Positions 23,960 through 37,751 of a DNA stretch of 64,000 bases are shown here, piece by piece; the first letter of the stretch is position 1; every line of letters starts with the position of its first letter. The DNA comes from Chara braunii (lineage: Eukaryota > Plantae > Charophyceae). A program made the translations under genes and the position numbers. The notes beneath the pieces were generated by a model. It ran no database searches. It was not told where the DNA came from and was given only the letters and a program-made list of their open reading frames with translations. The stretch covers positions 2,156,371 through 2,220,370 of the forward strand of contig BFEA01000039.1 in the NCBI GenBank assembly GCA_003427395.1, written 5' to 3'.

Positions 23960-25819
23960 ACGTTTTTTTTCACCCTATTTCTTCTCCCGACGGAAAATTG
24001 TATGTCATACCAGGGGGGTAGGAAAATCTTAATGAGGACCTACCCGACAAGCAAATTAGTGAAAAGGGAGATGATCTATACACATTATGACAACAATTGG
24101 GTTTTCCATGACGACGCTGCATACAAACCCACTAATGAAAAAATCAAGTGGATTTGTAAACAGTTAGAGGACATGAAAGAGAGTCCAGAGGCTAGGAGTT
24201 TTTTCTAATACAACCCATCTCCTCCACTGTATACACGGTCCTATCAATGTTCAAACAAGATAAAAAATGCATGGATAGCTGGATGAGATTGAAATGTGGT
24301 AGATCGGAGCTGCACATTTATCCCTGGCTTCCTAAAAAACTGGGACCCGAGGAGACGCAGGAGCAGATAATGCGAGACTACTATTGGGATTAACTTAGAC
24401 ACATCCCGATAGAGATACAAACAACTTTTATACATGAATTTCGCCAACGATATAACAGTGTAAACTTTATTGAGCCACTCCCGCCGTGTGTGGCGAAAAG
24501 AGACGACCACGTCATGCTTGCCATTGATCTGCCACAAAATCAACTCTTCACCATCGATGACATTATCTCATTCAGGGTGGGGGGGAAATATATCTAGTAC
24601 GTACAACTCATAAACTGCGTCCCTCGTGCTTCAGATGCCGAGCGTACGACCACCTAACTACGGAGATAACCTGTCCCCACCATCCTTTCAAACGCGAGCG
24701 GGTTACGGGCATACTTCAACAAGACCCGCTTCCCCCGACCAAGTGGACGACAGTGGACCCCAATCACAAAGGATAGGTGTATGTGGAAGAAAAGGATGAG
24801 AACGACTAAGTGAAAGGGTGGGAATGGGAAGGTCGGGGAGAGCCAAGATGGGACACCCGCCCCCCCGAGAGAAGGTTAACCGACCCCCCAATTTTCACCC
24901 TCATTTATAAAAAAAAACAAAGGGTCATTTTAACCATACTTTACACCAATCTTTAGAGTTTACTAACATATTGTAAGAAAAAAACCAAAAAATAAAAATA
25001 AAAATGGTACCCACCACATGTACCGAAGGACAAAAGTCCCCCTGCCCCCCTCCCCTTGGACAAAAAAAGAAAAACATAGGACAACAAGAACACCGACTAC
25101 ACCAACTACAACAACTATAGCAGAGGGGGAAATAAACAAACAATGCTCGCACCTTGAGGCGTGATCTGGGACGATACTTAGTTTCTGCTACAGGCAAAAT
25201 GGACAAAGGAGGGATAAAAGGAACCCCAAAGGAAAATGAGAAAAAAAATGAATCTACACAAGGAAGGGGTTTGACCTACAATCAACTAATAAGGGCAACA
25301 ATGGGAGAAGGGAGTCAAGACGTGAAAAACCAGGGGACGATAGTGGGAACTGACCAGCAGGACATCTTCCAAGATGCCTTTGGACCATCCCCCAGGGAAG
25401 AGGAAGAAATCCTGAGAGCCTCCCCTCCCCCCCCTTCCCCGCCCTCGGCGGATGAGGTGATGCTAGAGGCGGAGGAGACAAGGGAAGGACAGGGGGGGCA
25501 CGAGGAACGCTGGAAACGGCGGAGGAAAAGGTAAGAAGTGTATCAGAATGGTTAGTCCACAACCTGCACAACAAGTTCCCAGGCCTCCCTGAGGAATTAT
25601 GAGACGACACATATAGGGGACTCATCCCACTCCTAGAGGCTTGCGGGAGCTTTAGGGTAATCCTTGATCATGAGCTCCCACAGGGTTTGGGCTGGGAAGA
25701 GGTTTGTAACAAAATGTTGAGTATTGTACTCACCAGATTCAAGCCCCCTGAAAGGGGCCGGTGTCCCATGGACGGGGATGTTGTTGTGGTGGGAGAAGAG
25801 GCACAGGGTAGTAGTGAGA
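23960..25819 (+). mobile_element. L1-clade LINE, 5' part (ORF1 remnant)
   Basis: YW(D)*LRHIP and a CFRCRAYDHLTTEITC zinc knuckle (~24627-24675). The frame ...GEEAQGSSE continues in frame into METWTKG at 59111. Confidence 0.65.
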
Positions 25820-26443
25820 GAAGGTTTACAAATGTCTCTATTTTCAAATTATTTTCAACTCTGCTTCACACGGGTGTGAGGTACTTGGATGAGAAAACCT
25901 GAAACTGCTTTCAGAAGCCTTAGCCACTTTAGGTCATTTCAGAGGTTTCAGGCTTGCCTTCTTGAAACTCCTGAAATGATATGAAGAGGCTGAAAATCTG
26001 AAAGCGGTTTCAGATGTCTCCATCCAACCATTTGGATGGGGGGACGTGAAAATTCTTTCAGAAGCTTTAGCCAGTTCATATCATTTCAGAGATTTCAAGT
26101 CCCTTAATCTGAAACTTCTGAAATAATAAGAAGTGGCTGAAAATATGAAAACGGTTTTATAGATCTCCATCCAACCATTTGGATGGGGGCATCTGAAACC
26201 ACTTTCAGAAGCTTCAGCAACTTCAAATCATGTCAGAGGTTTCAGGTCTTCCCATCCGAAACTTCTGAAATAATATGGAGTTGCTGGAAATCTGAAACCG
26301 GATTGAGATGCATCAATCCAACCATTCGGATGGGGAGACCTAAAATGGCTTTCAGAAGTTTCAGCCACTTCAGGTTTTTTCGGAGGTTTCAGACCTCCCC
26401 ACCTGAAACTCCTGAAATGACTTGAAGTGACCCACAACAATGT
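25820..26443. repeat. 147-bp tandem repeat (~3.7 units), left part of a ~0.8-kb insertion whose right part is 58918-59098
   Basis: GGATG anchors at 25887, 26034, 26181 and 26328. The 13-bp direct repeat GGTAGTAGTGAGA occurs at 25807-25819 and 59099-59111. Confidence 0.8.
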
Positions 26444-28083
26444 TGTCGCGTGCGACGGTCCCCCGCCCTGATGGGGAGCGCTGAACCTCACGGTCGTGTC
26501 ACGCAGGATTTATTCCTTGAAATAACAGTAAGTCACCACTCCGACCGTGCGCGCGTTCTATATCTCTCACGGCGCCCTGCGACAGGTCGGAACGTCGCGA
26601 GGTACAACTCACCTCTACGCGAGAGCTGTCACCACCCTCTGGTAAGCGTATCCCTGCTGTTTTTACATGCCTTTGTAGAGGTAGGTCGACCGAGGGCGTT
26701 TTCTCGATCGCCGTAGCATAGGTAGACGCGCGGTTGAACGCCTAAGACTGACCCGTTTACGTGTCGGGCATGGGGGTGCTGATCTCCCGGACCGACTTAC
26801 AATTCAGGTCGACTCGACTGACGATCTTTCGCGCATATAAATCCTATTTTATCTCAACTTATCCCATAAATTATATATATTATATAAGTCCTTCCAAAAT
26901 ATATACATTCATGACAAATATAGTTCAAAGGCTGAGACTGAAAAGGCAAGGAGATGTCTTTTACATTTTTATACAAACAGAGACAAACATCAGAATGAAC
27001 AGAGCATCACAGACAAAAGTAGGTTCATGGCCTGTCAAATATGAATAAAAAATAAAAGATAGGCTCATGGTCTTTTAAAGAAACAAGATATGATTAAGGT
27101 TTTTTCGTCTTTGCCAATTGTCCTAATATATTCAACATCAAAGGGGTAAAGGTTGAGAACCCAAAGGTTACGATTCGACGAAATGTCTGAGTCGAGGCTC
27201 AGGTAAGCATAAACAAATGCGAGTTGAGTGAATAGCACGTGGTTGGTTGTTTTACTGACCTGCAAACAAGTGTCAATCGCATTACACAATCCTAGCAGAG
27301 TCAACCATTCATTCACTCTCACACACATTACACTTACGCTTTCAAATCCCTTTGCCAGACATTCTCTTTTCGACTCAGTTATTCAAGGACCTTTTTTTAT
27401 CAAACTTAGACCTTTCAGATGCTGACTCAAAAATAAAAAATTTCATTTAGTGCAAAGGTAGATGCAAAGTGTGGGTGTAAAGGGTGAGTGAAGGTTGAGT
27501 TGGTAAACCAACCTGTTTCTATAAGGCAACAACATGCAGTCTTGCATGGACTCATAATGAGTCTTCTTGAGTAAGATGACCTGAAAATACACACAGGTCA
27601 CAAAATCTCAACACCTCTCTCACTATTGCTCTATACGAAGTTCAGCGCTGTGAATTTCAATTTTTATCGGTGGACAAAAATATAATCTGATCAAATGTGA
27701 GTATGAAGTAAAAAGACTCCGACAGAAGCCTTCACCTCATACTTACTCAAGCAGTAGGATATCCTACCACTTGTTTTAGTATAATTGGTTCAGACCTAGA
27801 CAGACCATGGGATGACCCAATGAGTACCCCATCTTCAGTCTGTCAACCTAACTATCTAAGATATGTACACACGAAGAGACGAGTAATAAGATGTTCCTAA
27901 TCCTGGAGCCTTATCCTGTCACTCGTCCTACATCCATACATCAATCAATCTGCACTCACACTTGCTCTAGGCCAGCGTGCGCGAAGGTGATCACGTCTCT
28001 AGCTAGGAACGAGGTTCACATGCATCTCTCTGATTGCTCAGGCAATCAGATCAGAACAAAGGTGTAGGTAATGAAACAACAAC

Positions 28084-28138
28084 AAATAATAATAATAAAA
28101 ATAGTAATAATAATAATAATAATAGCAATAATAATAAC

Positions 28139-28186
<48 letters not shown>
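28084..28186. repeat. (AAT)n microsatellite; further (AAT)n, (CA)n and (CT)n tracts throughout LTRs D and E
   Basis: Directly visible; others at ~30053, 37955, 39247, 39836, 51757, 52854, 53927, 54425 and 56166. Confidence 0.95.
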
Positions 28187-28187
<1 letters not shown>

Positions 28188-30053
28188 CTATACATAGAAA
28201 ACTAAATTACAATAATCATACGGAAGTTCTGTTAGTCATGTAACAAATAGAAAGTTCAAATGCACCAAGATTTCATTCAAATGAGAGCGATATAATGACT
28301 TCCTGAGCCAACGTTCAGAATCTTTCAGGTCACATCCTTGCGGTATTCGATGCCTCTCTTTTCTACCTAGCGGGTTGTAGTCCACCTATGGCTGCAAGCG
28401 CCCTGTTGTACTAGTGCCCTCGTTGTACTATTGCGCCCCACTGTACGGCTGTGCCTCACACCACTTCAACACCACCGAGCGCACCCCAAGCCAGCTTGCG
28501 CACGCACAGATACTTGCGCAGCGTTGCAGCAGCGTGTCTGCTTTGCTTGCCTAGGTTAGAATGCCTTGGACTGGCTGGCTCCCTCCNTATATGGGAGGTG
28601 CTGCTGTAGCTGGACTGTTTGGGCCTTACCGTGGAAGTTTTNGGTAGCTTCTGGTTGGCCCNAGTGCTTGCGCCCAGGCCCATGTTTAAAGTTGATGGCT
28701 CCGGCCCCATTGTAGTTGGGCACTCTTAGATCTACTCAGACTCTGAACGCTTACTATGTTTGCATTTGGAACCGTGGGGCGGATGTGACGACAAAGCTGC
28801 ATTCTTATTGGCCCATGGCCTGTTCGTGGTGTGTCGGCTCCACACTGCATGTGCCCAGGGCATGGCAACCCACGTCCCGAGCTCAGTTGCCTGACGCAAC
28901 TGCTACTTCTAGAAGAGCCCAGGGTGAGGCCTAGATTGTTCTTCAACCTGCAGCGAGTGCTGCAACTATCTGAGACCCACCTCAGAGGACACTGAGACGA
29001 GCTCTTCTCGTGGATACTCAGGCCCGCCTTCACTTAGGGCGGCACGAGGTCTGCTGAGGGCCGCAACTCAGAACACGTGCATGTCTGATAAGGGTCCGTG
29101 AGGGCTCATCCCTTGCAATAATAATAATTATAATAATAATAAATATCTGTAGCACTCTGGGTCGACAGTCAGTGAAGACTAGGTAAGTTTCCTTCTTCCA
29201 TTTATGTCCGTCTTTCCCCCCCTTCTCTTTCTGTCACTTTCTCAGTGATTGTCTGTCTGTTTGTCCGTCTGTCTATCTTTACGTTTGTCTGTGTCTGTAT
29301 GTCCGTGTCTCTGTGTTTTTTCTGTGTGCAGGTACCCAGACAGCTGCAGGATCAAGGAGAAGTCTGCAACTGTACACAATTCAAGCCCTCGGTTGTGAGT
29401 CAATCCGTACGACTGTGGGAGGGGACCTGAGACCAGTCAGCCTTGTCGACCGCTTCATAAGGTCGGCCTCCGGGTGATCAACATTCAGTATTATTATGCT
29501 GCCTTGACGCCGGTTTGACGCTGGCTGTGCGCGGACGACGTGGGACTGTGGTAGCAGGTTGGCGCAGTCTATTCCGTGCGCCAGGCATTGCTTGCATGGC
29601 GCCACCACCTGTCTACAATGCTGCTGCGGTGCAGGCCACCTGTCGACATTGCTGATGTGGCGCAGGCCACCTGTCAACATTGCTGATGTGGCGTAGGCCA
29701 CTTCTCTGCACTGTTGATGTGGTGCTTTCATCGGTCTACGTTGCTGATGTCGTACCGGTCATCCATCTCTGCAGCTGTGGCACTGCCGCCATTCTCCCAC
29801 TGACGCGACATTGGCCACGCTGTCTACATGATGGTGCAGGCCACCTGTCTACAATGCTGCTGCGGTGGCACTGCCGCCGGTTTTACTGCCGACGTGGCAC
29901 TAGCCATGCTGTCTACTCTCCCTCCACTCTCTCCGTTTAGGGATAGCGAGATGTCGTATCAGATATCACCTTCACAGTTACTTAAGACATTGGGCAGATC
30001 TAAGTGTACTGGTACTATGATGTCCGACGAATCTTTCTGTTTAGTTTCATGAC

Positions 30054-30138
<85 letters not shown>

Positions 30139-30365
30139 TAAGGAATACGAGTGTGAACGTTATACAGAAAACCAAATTGCGAAATCACACATATGTCCAC
30201 AAGGTCGTGTCCAAGCAGAGAGAGTACAAAAGCACTGAGAACCCATCCATATACAGCAATACAATGAAGTAATGAGCCGATGCTCAAGCCCGTAGGCCAC
30301 ACCAACACAGTACCCAAAGTCGCTCCTCTATGTCTGGTGCCCAGTGCCCAACCTGCTCTAAACGT

Positions 30366-33300
30366 TGTCGATGCGAATACCCTTACAAAGGTATCCACAC
30401 TGGTTTTCGCAAGCCACAAAAAATAAGTTTGATTTAAAGAATGAGTATTTCGCGCAAGCACGCGGCTACGTCTGTGGCTTACGTTGACTGAATGGTTGAC
30501 TAGAACAGAGAGTGTGTGGGCGCGCAGAGTTGAGGCGCTCGTGATCATTTATTTTTGATTGATGACTGTGAAAGTCGGCGTAGATGCCGGCCGGATTTTC
30601 ATTTCTGATTAACCGAGGATTAGAAATATTCTGTCTTGTAACAGATATGCTTGCTGGTGATTTGTGCGTATATGCGGAGGACGACATCGACAACAACGTG
30701 AATTTTCGAATGTCTTGGTAGGACTGCGCGTTGCTCGGTGCTAGTTATGTTAGGTATTCGTCAGAGCTAGTCCAAGACTTGGGCCTAGCATTATTGGTTA
30801 TAGTGCCAGACTTTCATCGGAGAAATTCGGGGATCGAGGACGAGCGACGACGACGCGGGGATATCAGAGTAGCGTGAAGAAACCGAGGGAGTGGGGGCCC
30901 GACGGGGCTATCCTCCTTCGTCTTGCCAACGACGGCGTCAGGACGGAGCTAGTGTTTTCCTCCTTTTCTCGTTCGCCATGTTCTACCGATTCAAAACTTC
31001 TAAATATTTTTTTAATTATTTATTGACATATTATTTTTATTATCTGGTTCTGGCGTTCCTTGGCTCAGATGCGACGCCAGATTCGGAGGCCATCACGACA
31101 GTCGAGGACCCTGAGGGCGCACCTCGTCCGGCGGGTCCGCGTGTTGGAATACTGGCAAAAGTCCTCCATCACGTCGTGGTTGAGAACCACGGCGTGGCCA
31201 AAGTTTGAGTGCGTAATTGCACTTGGAGGGGGAAAGAGGGTCAGTAATGCAGGATGTATATGACCTACATTTCGGGTTCAATGAGGTCGTGTTGGGGTGT
31301 GTTGTATTCACGGGCTTACCTGAAGCGCAATTTTTATGGTGGCACATAAGTAACCCCGTGATGGTATTTCGGGAAACCCCGTAGCAGCTACATCCGTGCT
31401 CAAACCACCAATGAGGGAACATACAGGGACCATACCAACCAAAAGATGCGATACCTGCCACAGTGGGTGGACGACGATGGCAAAGGATCAGCCGGTAGCA
31501 TCAGGGCCGGACTTCTTCGATGGGCCGGTCACAATGCCTCCCTTTCGATCCCCTCCTCCTGTGAGTGTCCAGCGGTCGTTGCCCAATGCCAATCGAGGAA
31601 GACTGACAACATATCTCCGAGAGGTGGGTCAAAGTCGTCATCCGACACTGCGCTAGCAGCTATAGGGAAGGAAGGAGCCTGCAGCACTGATGTTGCATGC
31701 AGGTTGACCACCGGGCGGAAGGGCGAAAGGGCAGTCGAGCCAGGAAAAGGCTCGCTTCCTGGAACACCGGTCAGCGTCGCTAAGCAGAGGAGGAGAAAGG
31801 ACGCTACCGGGGCAAGCACTAACTAGAGGTGTCAGGAGCTATGCTGCAGACGACAGAAAGCGGAGGTGAGAACGGGCTTGGAGGGCCGTCTGTGCGACAC
31901 TGCGACTGCACAAACAAGGAGGGCTTGCGCTAAATTTATGAAGAATGAAACTAGTCGGGCGCTGCGTCGGGATGCGAGAGGGAGAGACAGATAGCACAGC
32001 CATGGCGGGACCAGGAAGCATATAACTCGCCCGTCTTTGACGAAAACGGGCGGGGAAAGGTGCTAACCCGAGTTTATCCGGCAGGGCGAATCGAGTGGTG
32101 GGGTTAGATTGGCGAAAAAGTTAGTGCCTAGGGAGTTAGAGTAGAAAAGTAATGCGCGGGGACATGGCGGAGTGAGGGAGGAAGAAGGGGAGATGAACGT
32201 GATATTGCTCATCTCTGAGCGGATTTGGATGAGGGGAGGTTCGTTGTAGGGGTTTTTCGTATGGGCGACCTCAAATCTGAGGTCAGTTGTAGTGTTAGAT
32301 TAGTAAGATGGGAGGTTAGTGAGAAAAGTAGTGTGCGAGCTACGGAGGAAGGAGGGACGACGAAAAAGGAAAATCGAGAGCTCGCCCGATTCCTTATGAA
32401 ATCGAGCGGGGAAAGATTCAAAGAGGAGGTTTTGAGGTAGGGCGAAGTGAATTGTGGAAGAAGATTTAGAAAAAGGTTAGTGGATTTAGAGTTAGAAGAG
32501 AGGATGAACCTAGACTGATGAGTGTTCCGGGTGCATGCGCAGGGATGCTGAAACTGAGAGGGACAAACAGGGCGTAGTCTAGGAGAAGCCACTCTCTCAA
32601 TCCTCCCGGGGTTTTGGTCCCGGGCGAGTCAGAATATGAAGTCAGATTGAGTAGAAAGTTAGTATAGGAAAAGGTTAGTATGAAAGGGACCGCGCAGAGA
32701 GCGGGTGGGAATGGATATGCCGGATAATTGAAAGACAGTGATCTCGCTCGATTCGGTGTAGAATCGAACGAGGTATGAAGGGGGGGGGATGGCGGTGTAT
32801 TGCGGGAGCTTCGGAGCACTACGGTTCTATACGGCGAGATCAAATCCATGGTCTATGGGGCTGTTCGACTGCTACGGCCTCCTCGGGTTGCGCTTGTGGA
32901 GGGAATAAACAGCGAATGCACCTACTCGCACTCTTGTGAAATATTCGTTTTCGATTTCCACCTGCTAAACTGGCAGGACAACCACAGGCAAGCGAGCAGG
33001 GACGGGGCCTTCTCAACCAAAGCTAATAACGGATCTATCTGCAGGGGTATCGACCAAGGAACGATAGCTGTTGGGAGGAGAGTCTGAGTGTACCAGGCCA
33101 ACCACAAGTCGCTTATGCGCTGGGACGCGCAACACAGTCAGGCTTAGCCCAGGCGGGGCATTGTTATGAGGCAATTGCTGCTGTATCTCTGCTGCCANNN
33201 NNNNNNNNNNNNNNNNNNNNNNNNNNNNNNNNNNNNNNNNNNNNNNNNNNNNNNNNNNNNNNNNNNNNNNNNNNNNNNNNNNNNNNNNNNNNNNNNNNNN

Positions 33301-36300
33301 NNNNNNNNNNNNNNNNNNNNNNNNNNNNNNNNNNNNNNNNNNNNNNNNNNNNNNNNNNNNNNNNNNNNNNNNNNNNNNNNNNNNNNNNNNNNNNNNNNNN
33401 NNNNNNNNNNNNNNNNNNNNNNNNNNNNNNNNNNNNNNNNNNNNNNNCACAAGTCGCTTATGCGCTGGGACGCGCAACACAGTCAGGCTTAGCCCAGGCG
33501 GGGCATTGTTATGAGGCAATTGCTGCTGTATCTCTGCTGCCAGCTCGACACCTCGTGGCATACTGATGTTCTTGGTGTTGGGGCTGCACACCGCTGTGCC
33601 TTCTGGTCACCACGACAGTCTTTGCAACAACATAATCGTATGCCTTGCTGTTCATTATGACTTCGTCGTCCACCATAGCAGTTGCGGAGATCGCTGTGGA
33701 CTGCAGCACTACTTTTGGTACGGTCGCTGTTTTGAACAGTATGACTACAGGTCCAATTGGGAGGTGAAATTATGATATAGAGGGAGTGGTTAGGTTGCAA
33801 GAGGTTGAGTGCGGCGAACTGCTGCTGCGTCGGTTGACTGAGCGCAGACCGCTGCTGCATCTATTGACTGTGCACGAACAACCGTTGTCTGTTGTTCATT
33901 GTTGCAGACTGCTGCACACTACCGCCGGCTATTGCTTGCTGTTACAGAGTGCTATGCGGCGGCGATTGGGTTGTTAAACTAGACAAGTAGCGGGTCAGTG
34001 CTGCGATTTGGGAGGTCGTTGGGGGATCGACGACAGGCAACTGACTTCAGTTCTGACCAAGCTGCTACTGCTTGGCCATCATTGCGGGGCCCTCAGGCGA
34101 GAGAAGATAACAAGGCCCTCTCCTGAGAGTTGAGTTGTCCCCTTCTTATATCTCGAGAGTCTGAAACCCCTTATCTTCTGCCCTTCTTACTCTCAGTCTA
34201 ATCTTGTTCAGAGAGGAAGGCGGCAAGCGGGGTTCCAACCCGTAGGACCGCAGCAAGACTCTGTGGGGAGTTAACCCACCGATTGTGGGAGCTCTGCCGG
34301 AACTTAGGAGGAGTTCTGGAGGTAGGGAACCATCAGGTAATCCATCTCTATTTGTATGACCCACTATACCCATGGTTGTCTATTCCCCCTGTAGTTTGAT
34401 TGGCGTATGCATGCCTGTCCCTATGATTTTTCTTTTCTCTTCAGGACATAACCAGACTAAGTAAAGGAACGCATGTACAATGTCTGTTTCAGTTTCATTG
34501 TTTGACTGAAAGCAGATTGTGGGGTTGCATCTGGGGGAAGGGTGGGAGAAAGGTTATATTGCATATGTTTGATTGGGTCAACCAGAGGCTGGGCCAGTTC
34601 CATAAGTTTGGAAAGGATCAGTGCTATGTTTATTTTGAATTGCCTGGAGAACCAGACATGTCCCATAAGTTTGGGTGGTCTGGTTGCTCTGACTTGTGAC
34701 GGCTGTTTGTGATTGACTTTTCAGGGGCCAAGTGCGTTCTGTAAGTTCAGGTGCCTTGGTTACCTTGGTTGTTTTGGGTTTCCTCTGTTTATTTGGTTCT
34801 GAACGAGGGGGTCTAAGCCGTTCTATGAGTTTAGGTGGCTAGGCCTTTTCCTGCTTTATTTTGAGAAAATGAACTTGACAAAGGGCAGACCGTTCTGTAA
34901 GTTCAGGTGGTCTAGCCCAATGCCACGCACAGCTGGATCAGAGAGGAACGAATCAAGCAGAGAGTCAAACTGTTCTGTAAGTTCAGGTGGTCTGACTCAA
35001 AGCCCGCATAGGCTTGAACCCAAGGTTATAATTTGGCTATATTTTATTATTATTTTATCTATGAACAAGCTGATCAGACCGTTCTATAAGTTTAGGTGGT
35101 CTGACTATGGTATATCACAACCTGAAGAGAGTATAATTAAGAGTATAACTTAAGGTAACTTGGGCCGGCTGGGCATTGTTTCTATGATGAATGGCACAGT
35201 CCTACACCCACCTTGAAAATTAAGTTAAGAGAGATATATATATCTTGGTCATTTAAACAGTTCAGAGCGACTAGAATGACCTAGTCATATGCCTAAAGAA
35301 GAGACCATGAACTATTGTTTGTTCCATAAGTTTAAGTGCCCTGACCTTATGCCTTATGTAAGTTGGGTATAAGGGGTTAAATAATTGAAAGACCATGAAC
35401 TATTGTTTGTTCAGGTATACTTTGGGACGGTGAGAGTACTTACCTTTATGGTTTAGCCTGCATGTGACTGAGTGAGGCTATTGCTTGGTCTGAGTTTCAG
35501 TTTGATAGGTAGTTGCTTTAGTCGCTCGCCACGTGCTAGAGCCATAGGAGTCAGTTTCAATTCCTGCATTTTCTGAGCTGACTTTAATTTACTTAGATCA
35601 ATTCTTACATTTTCTGGGATCTTTTGTTATACTTGGCTTTGTATAAATTTTGGTAAGCTACTTTCTTTACGAGAAGCGCTGCCGAAATTTCTGCAAGTCC
35701 AAGGAGTTAGTCAAATTTTTAACTTGTCAAAGTTAAATTTGTCTAAAGTTTATATATGACTTAGTAAAAATCTGGAAAGTCTCATTTTCTAAAAGGAGCG
35801 TTGTCCAAATTTTTGCTAACTCAGGGAGTTAGACAAAATTTAACTTTGGAAAGTTGAAGACTATTTTTGTTTTCACATTAAGGCCGATATAAATTCTAGA
35901 AAGACATTTTTCCTACGGGAAGCGCTGCCAAAATTTTCCTAGTTTAAAGGAGATAGATTATATATTTGACAGGTGGCGATTCTGGCGATCCACTCTGTAT
36001 AGGGGAGATTATTTTAGGGTCTACCTTTGCTTTGGGCACTGCTTAGCAATAGATTTAGGCTTAGTTAATTGGGAAGATTTTGAGTGAGATCGTGATATAG
36101 GGATTATTCTCCAAGGACTTATAGATTTAGCTTCAGGATTGACATATCTTGTGTTACAAGTCTTCTTGATCAATTGATTCAGGATTAGAGCTAGATTCAG
36201 CTTGATCCTACAAGGATTATCTTCTGTTATCAGTGATAATAGGTCAGTTGCCGATTCGTCGGTTTACGATTCAACTCCAATCCACTCCTACCACTCAACA

Positions 36301-37751
36301 TAAAAGCTTTAGTCTTGTGATTTGAACTGTTTGTTGTGTTGTCACCCGAACTTTATTTGAATGGTTATTTAAAGAAAAGTACTGAGTATTTTATTTTGAG
36401 GAGTTGCATAAGAGTAAGATTTGTATGGCTAAAAGCAAGGGGTGTGAGTGCAGAGGATGGTTGAAGTTGACCCCGTGTAGTGCATTGACTTTTTGGTTGG
36501 ATCTTCGATGTGATTGCAGGTATGTTTGGTGATTCGGACTTTGGATTTGACTGTCTGTGCTTACATACATATGTATATGGCTGAGAGGAGGTCCACTGTG
36601 ACTGTGAGAAGTGATCGTCATATATTAGTAACCCTTTATGTATATGTAAATACATATGTCTTGAGTGTTTCGTGAGGCCTACCGTGACCGTGTGTAAGGG
36701 TTAAACAGATTATGTTTTTGAGAGAAGAGGGAGATTCTCTGTTGTCCTTTGCTTTTTAGAATTTTATAGTTGAACGTTGTAGTCCGTGGCAGTCGTCAAA
36801 GTCAAACCCCTTAACTTATCTCCAGACCCTAGATGATAGTGCTGGTCTCCAGGGCAATAAGAGACGATGGCCACCACAGGTATGAACCTGTGTAGCACCC
36901 ACTCTCCGCAAGGAGCAGAAGAGGGTGTGGTTCTTAACCGCACTTGGCGGTTATCCAGCGTCAAGAGATTTACCCTCAAGGATCGTGTTAGAGGATACTT
37001 GAGTGTCGAATGCGACCCTCGAGATTAACGAGGACCGCATGAGTATGGCTACTACATAGTACGCCATCATTGTGATCGCTTCCGTATGCTTGCATTGTGA
37101 ATCGATATGAGTTAGCCCTGCGTCCGCGCGATTTCATACTAAGTCTCGTGCGGGACGCCTATCCGATTTTCCCGTCATAAATTTATGGGATGGCTACTAA
37201 GGGACTAGGAGTGTTGTCTCGTTGTTTGTTTTGTATCGTTCTGTATTTGTATATGTACGTGCGTATGTGTGTGTGTTTTTGTTTTTATGTTCTTAGAGTG
37301 GTGTGCGTGTGGTGTGTGGGGTGCGTCCTAGTCGACCAACGACGGGTCGCGCTTGGGACTTCAGCCCGCCAAGATGCAGATTCGCGGGTGGGTTCGATAG
37401 AGGCGTAATACCACGCGTACCCCCTATGCTACAAGGAACGAGAAACGCCCTCGGCTGGTCCACCTCTCTGATTGCAGATGATCAACTTTCGTACTGTGGA
37501 CTAGTAGCTCGACGGGGATACGCTCACCGAAGGGAGGTGACAACTCCCATAAGGTGGAGGTAAGTCGTGCCTCGCGTAGGCCCTGTCCTGTCGTAGGAGC
37601 TCGCGAGAGGTATGGTTGGCGCACTCGACCCGAGCGGATTGCGGAAGCTCCATGTCTGTATCTCGATGAGGATTAGAGTCCAACTCCTGCGTGACGTGGT
37701 CGGGAGGGTCCCGCGCTTCCCATGTGCGGTGCCGGACCGATGCGCTCGACA
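30366..37751 (+). mobile_element. Solo giant LTR C (subfamily 1, 7386 bp) nested in LTR D
   Basis: TGTCGA...TCGACA ends. The flanks join seamlessly in the sister LTR E at ~54221. Confidence 0.9.

Noticed and set aside
33103-33542. ~95-bp direct repeat flanking the N gap
   Set aside because: Identical sequence on both sides of a gap indicates an unmerged contig overlap.
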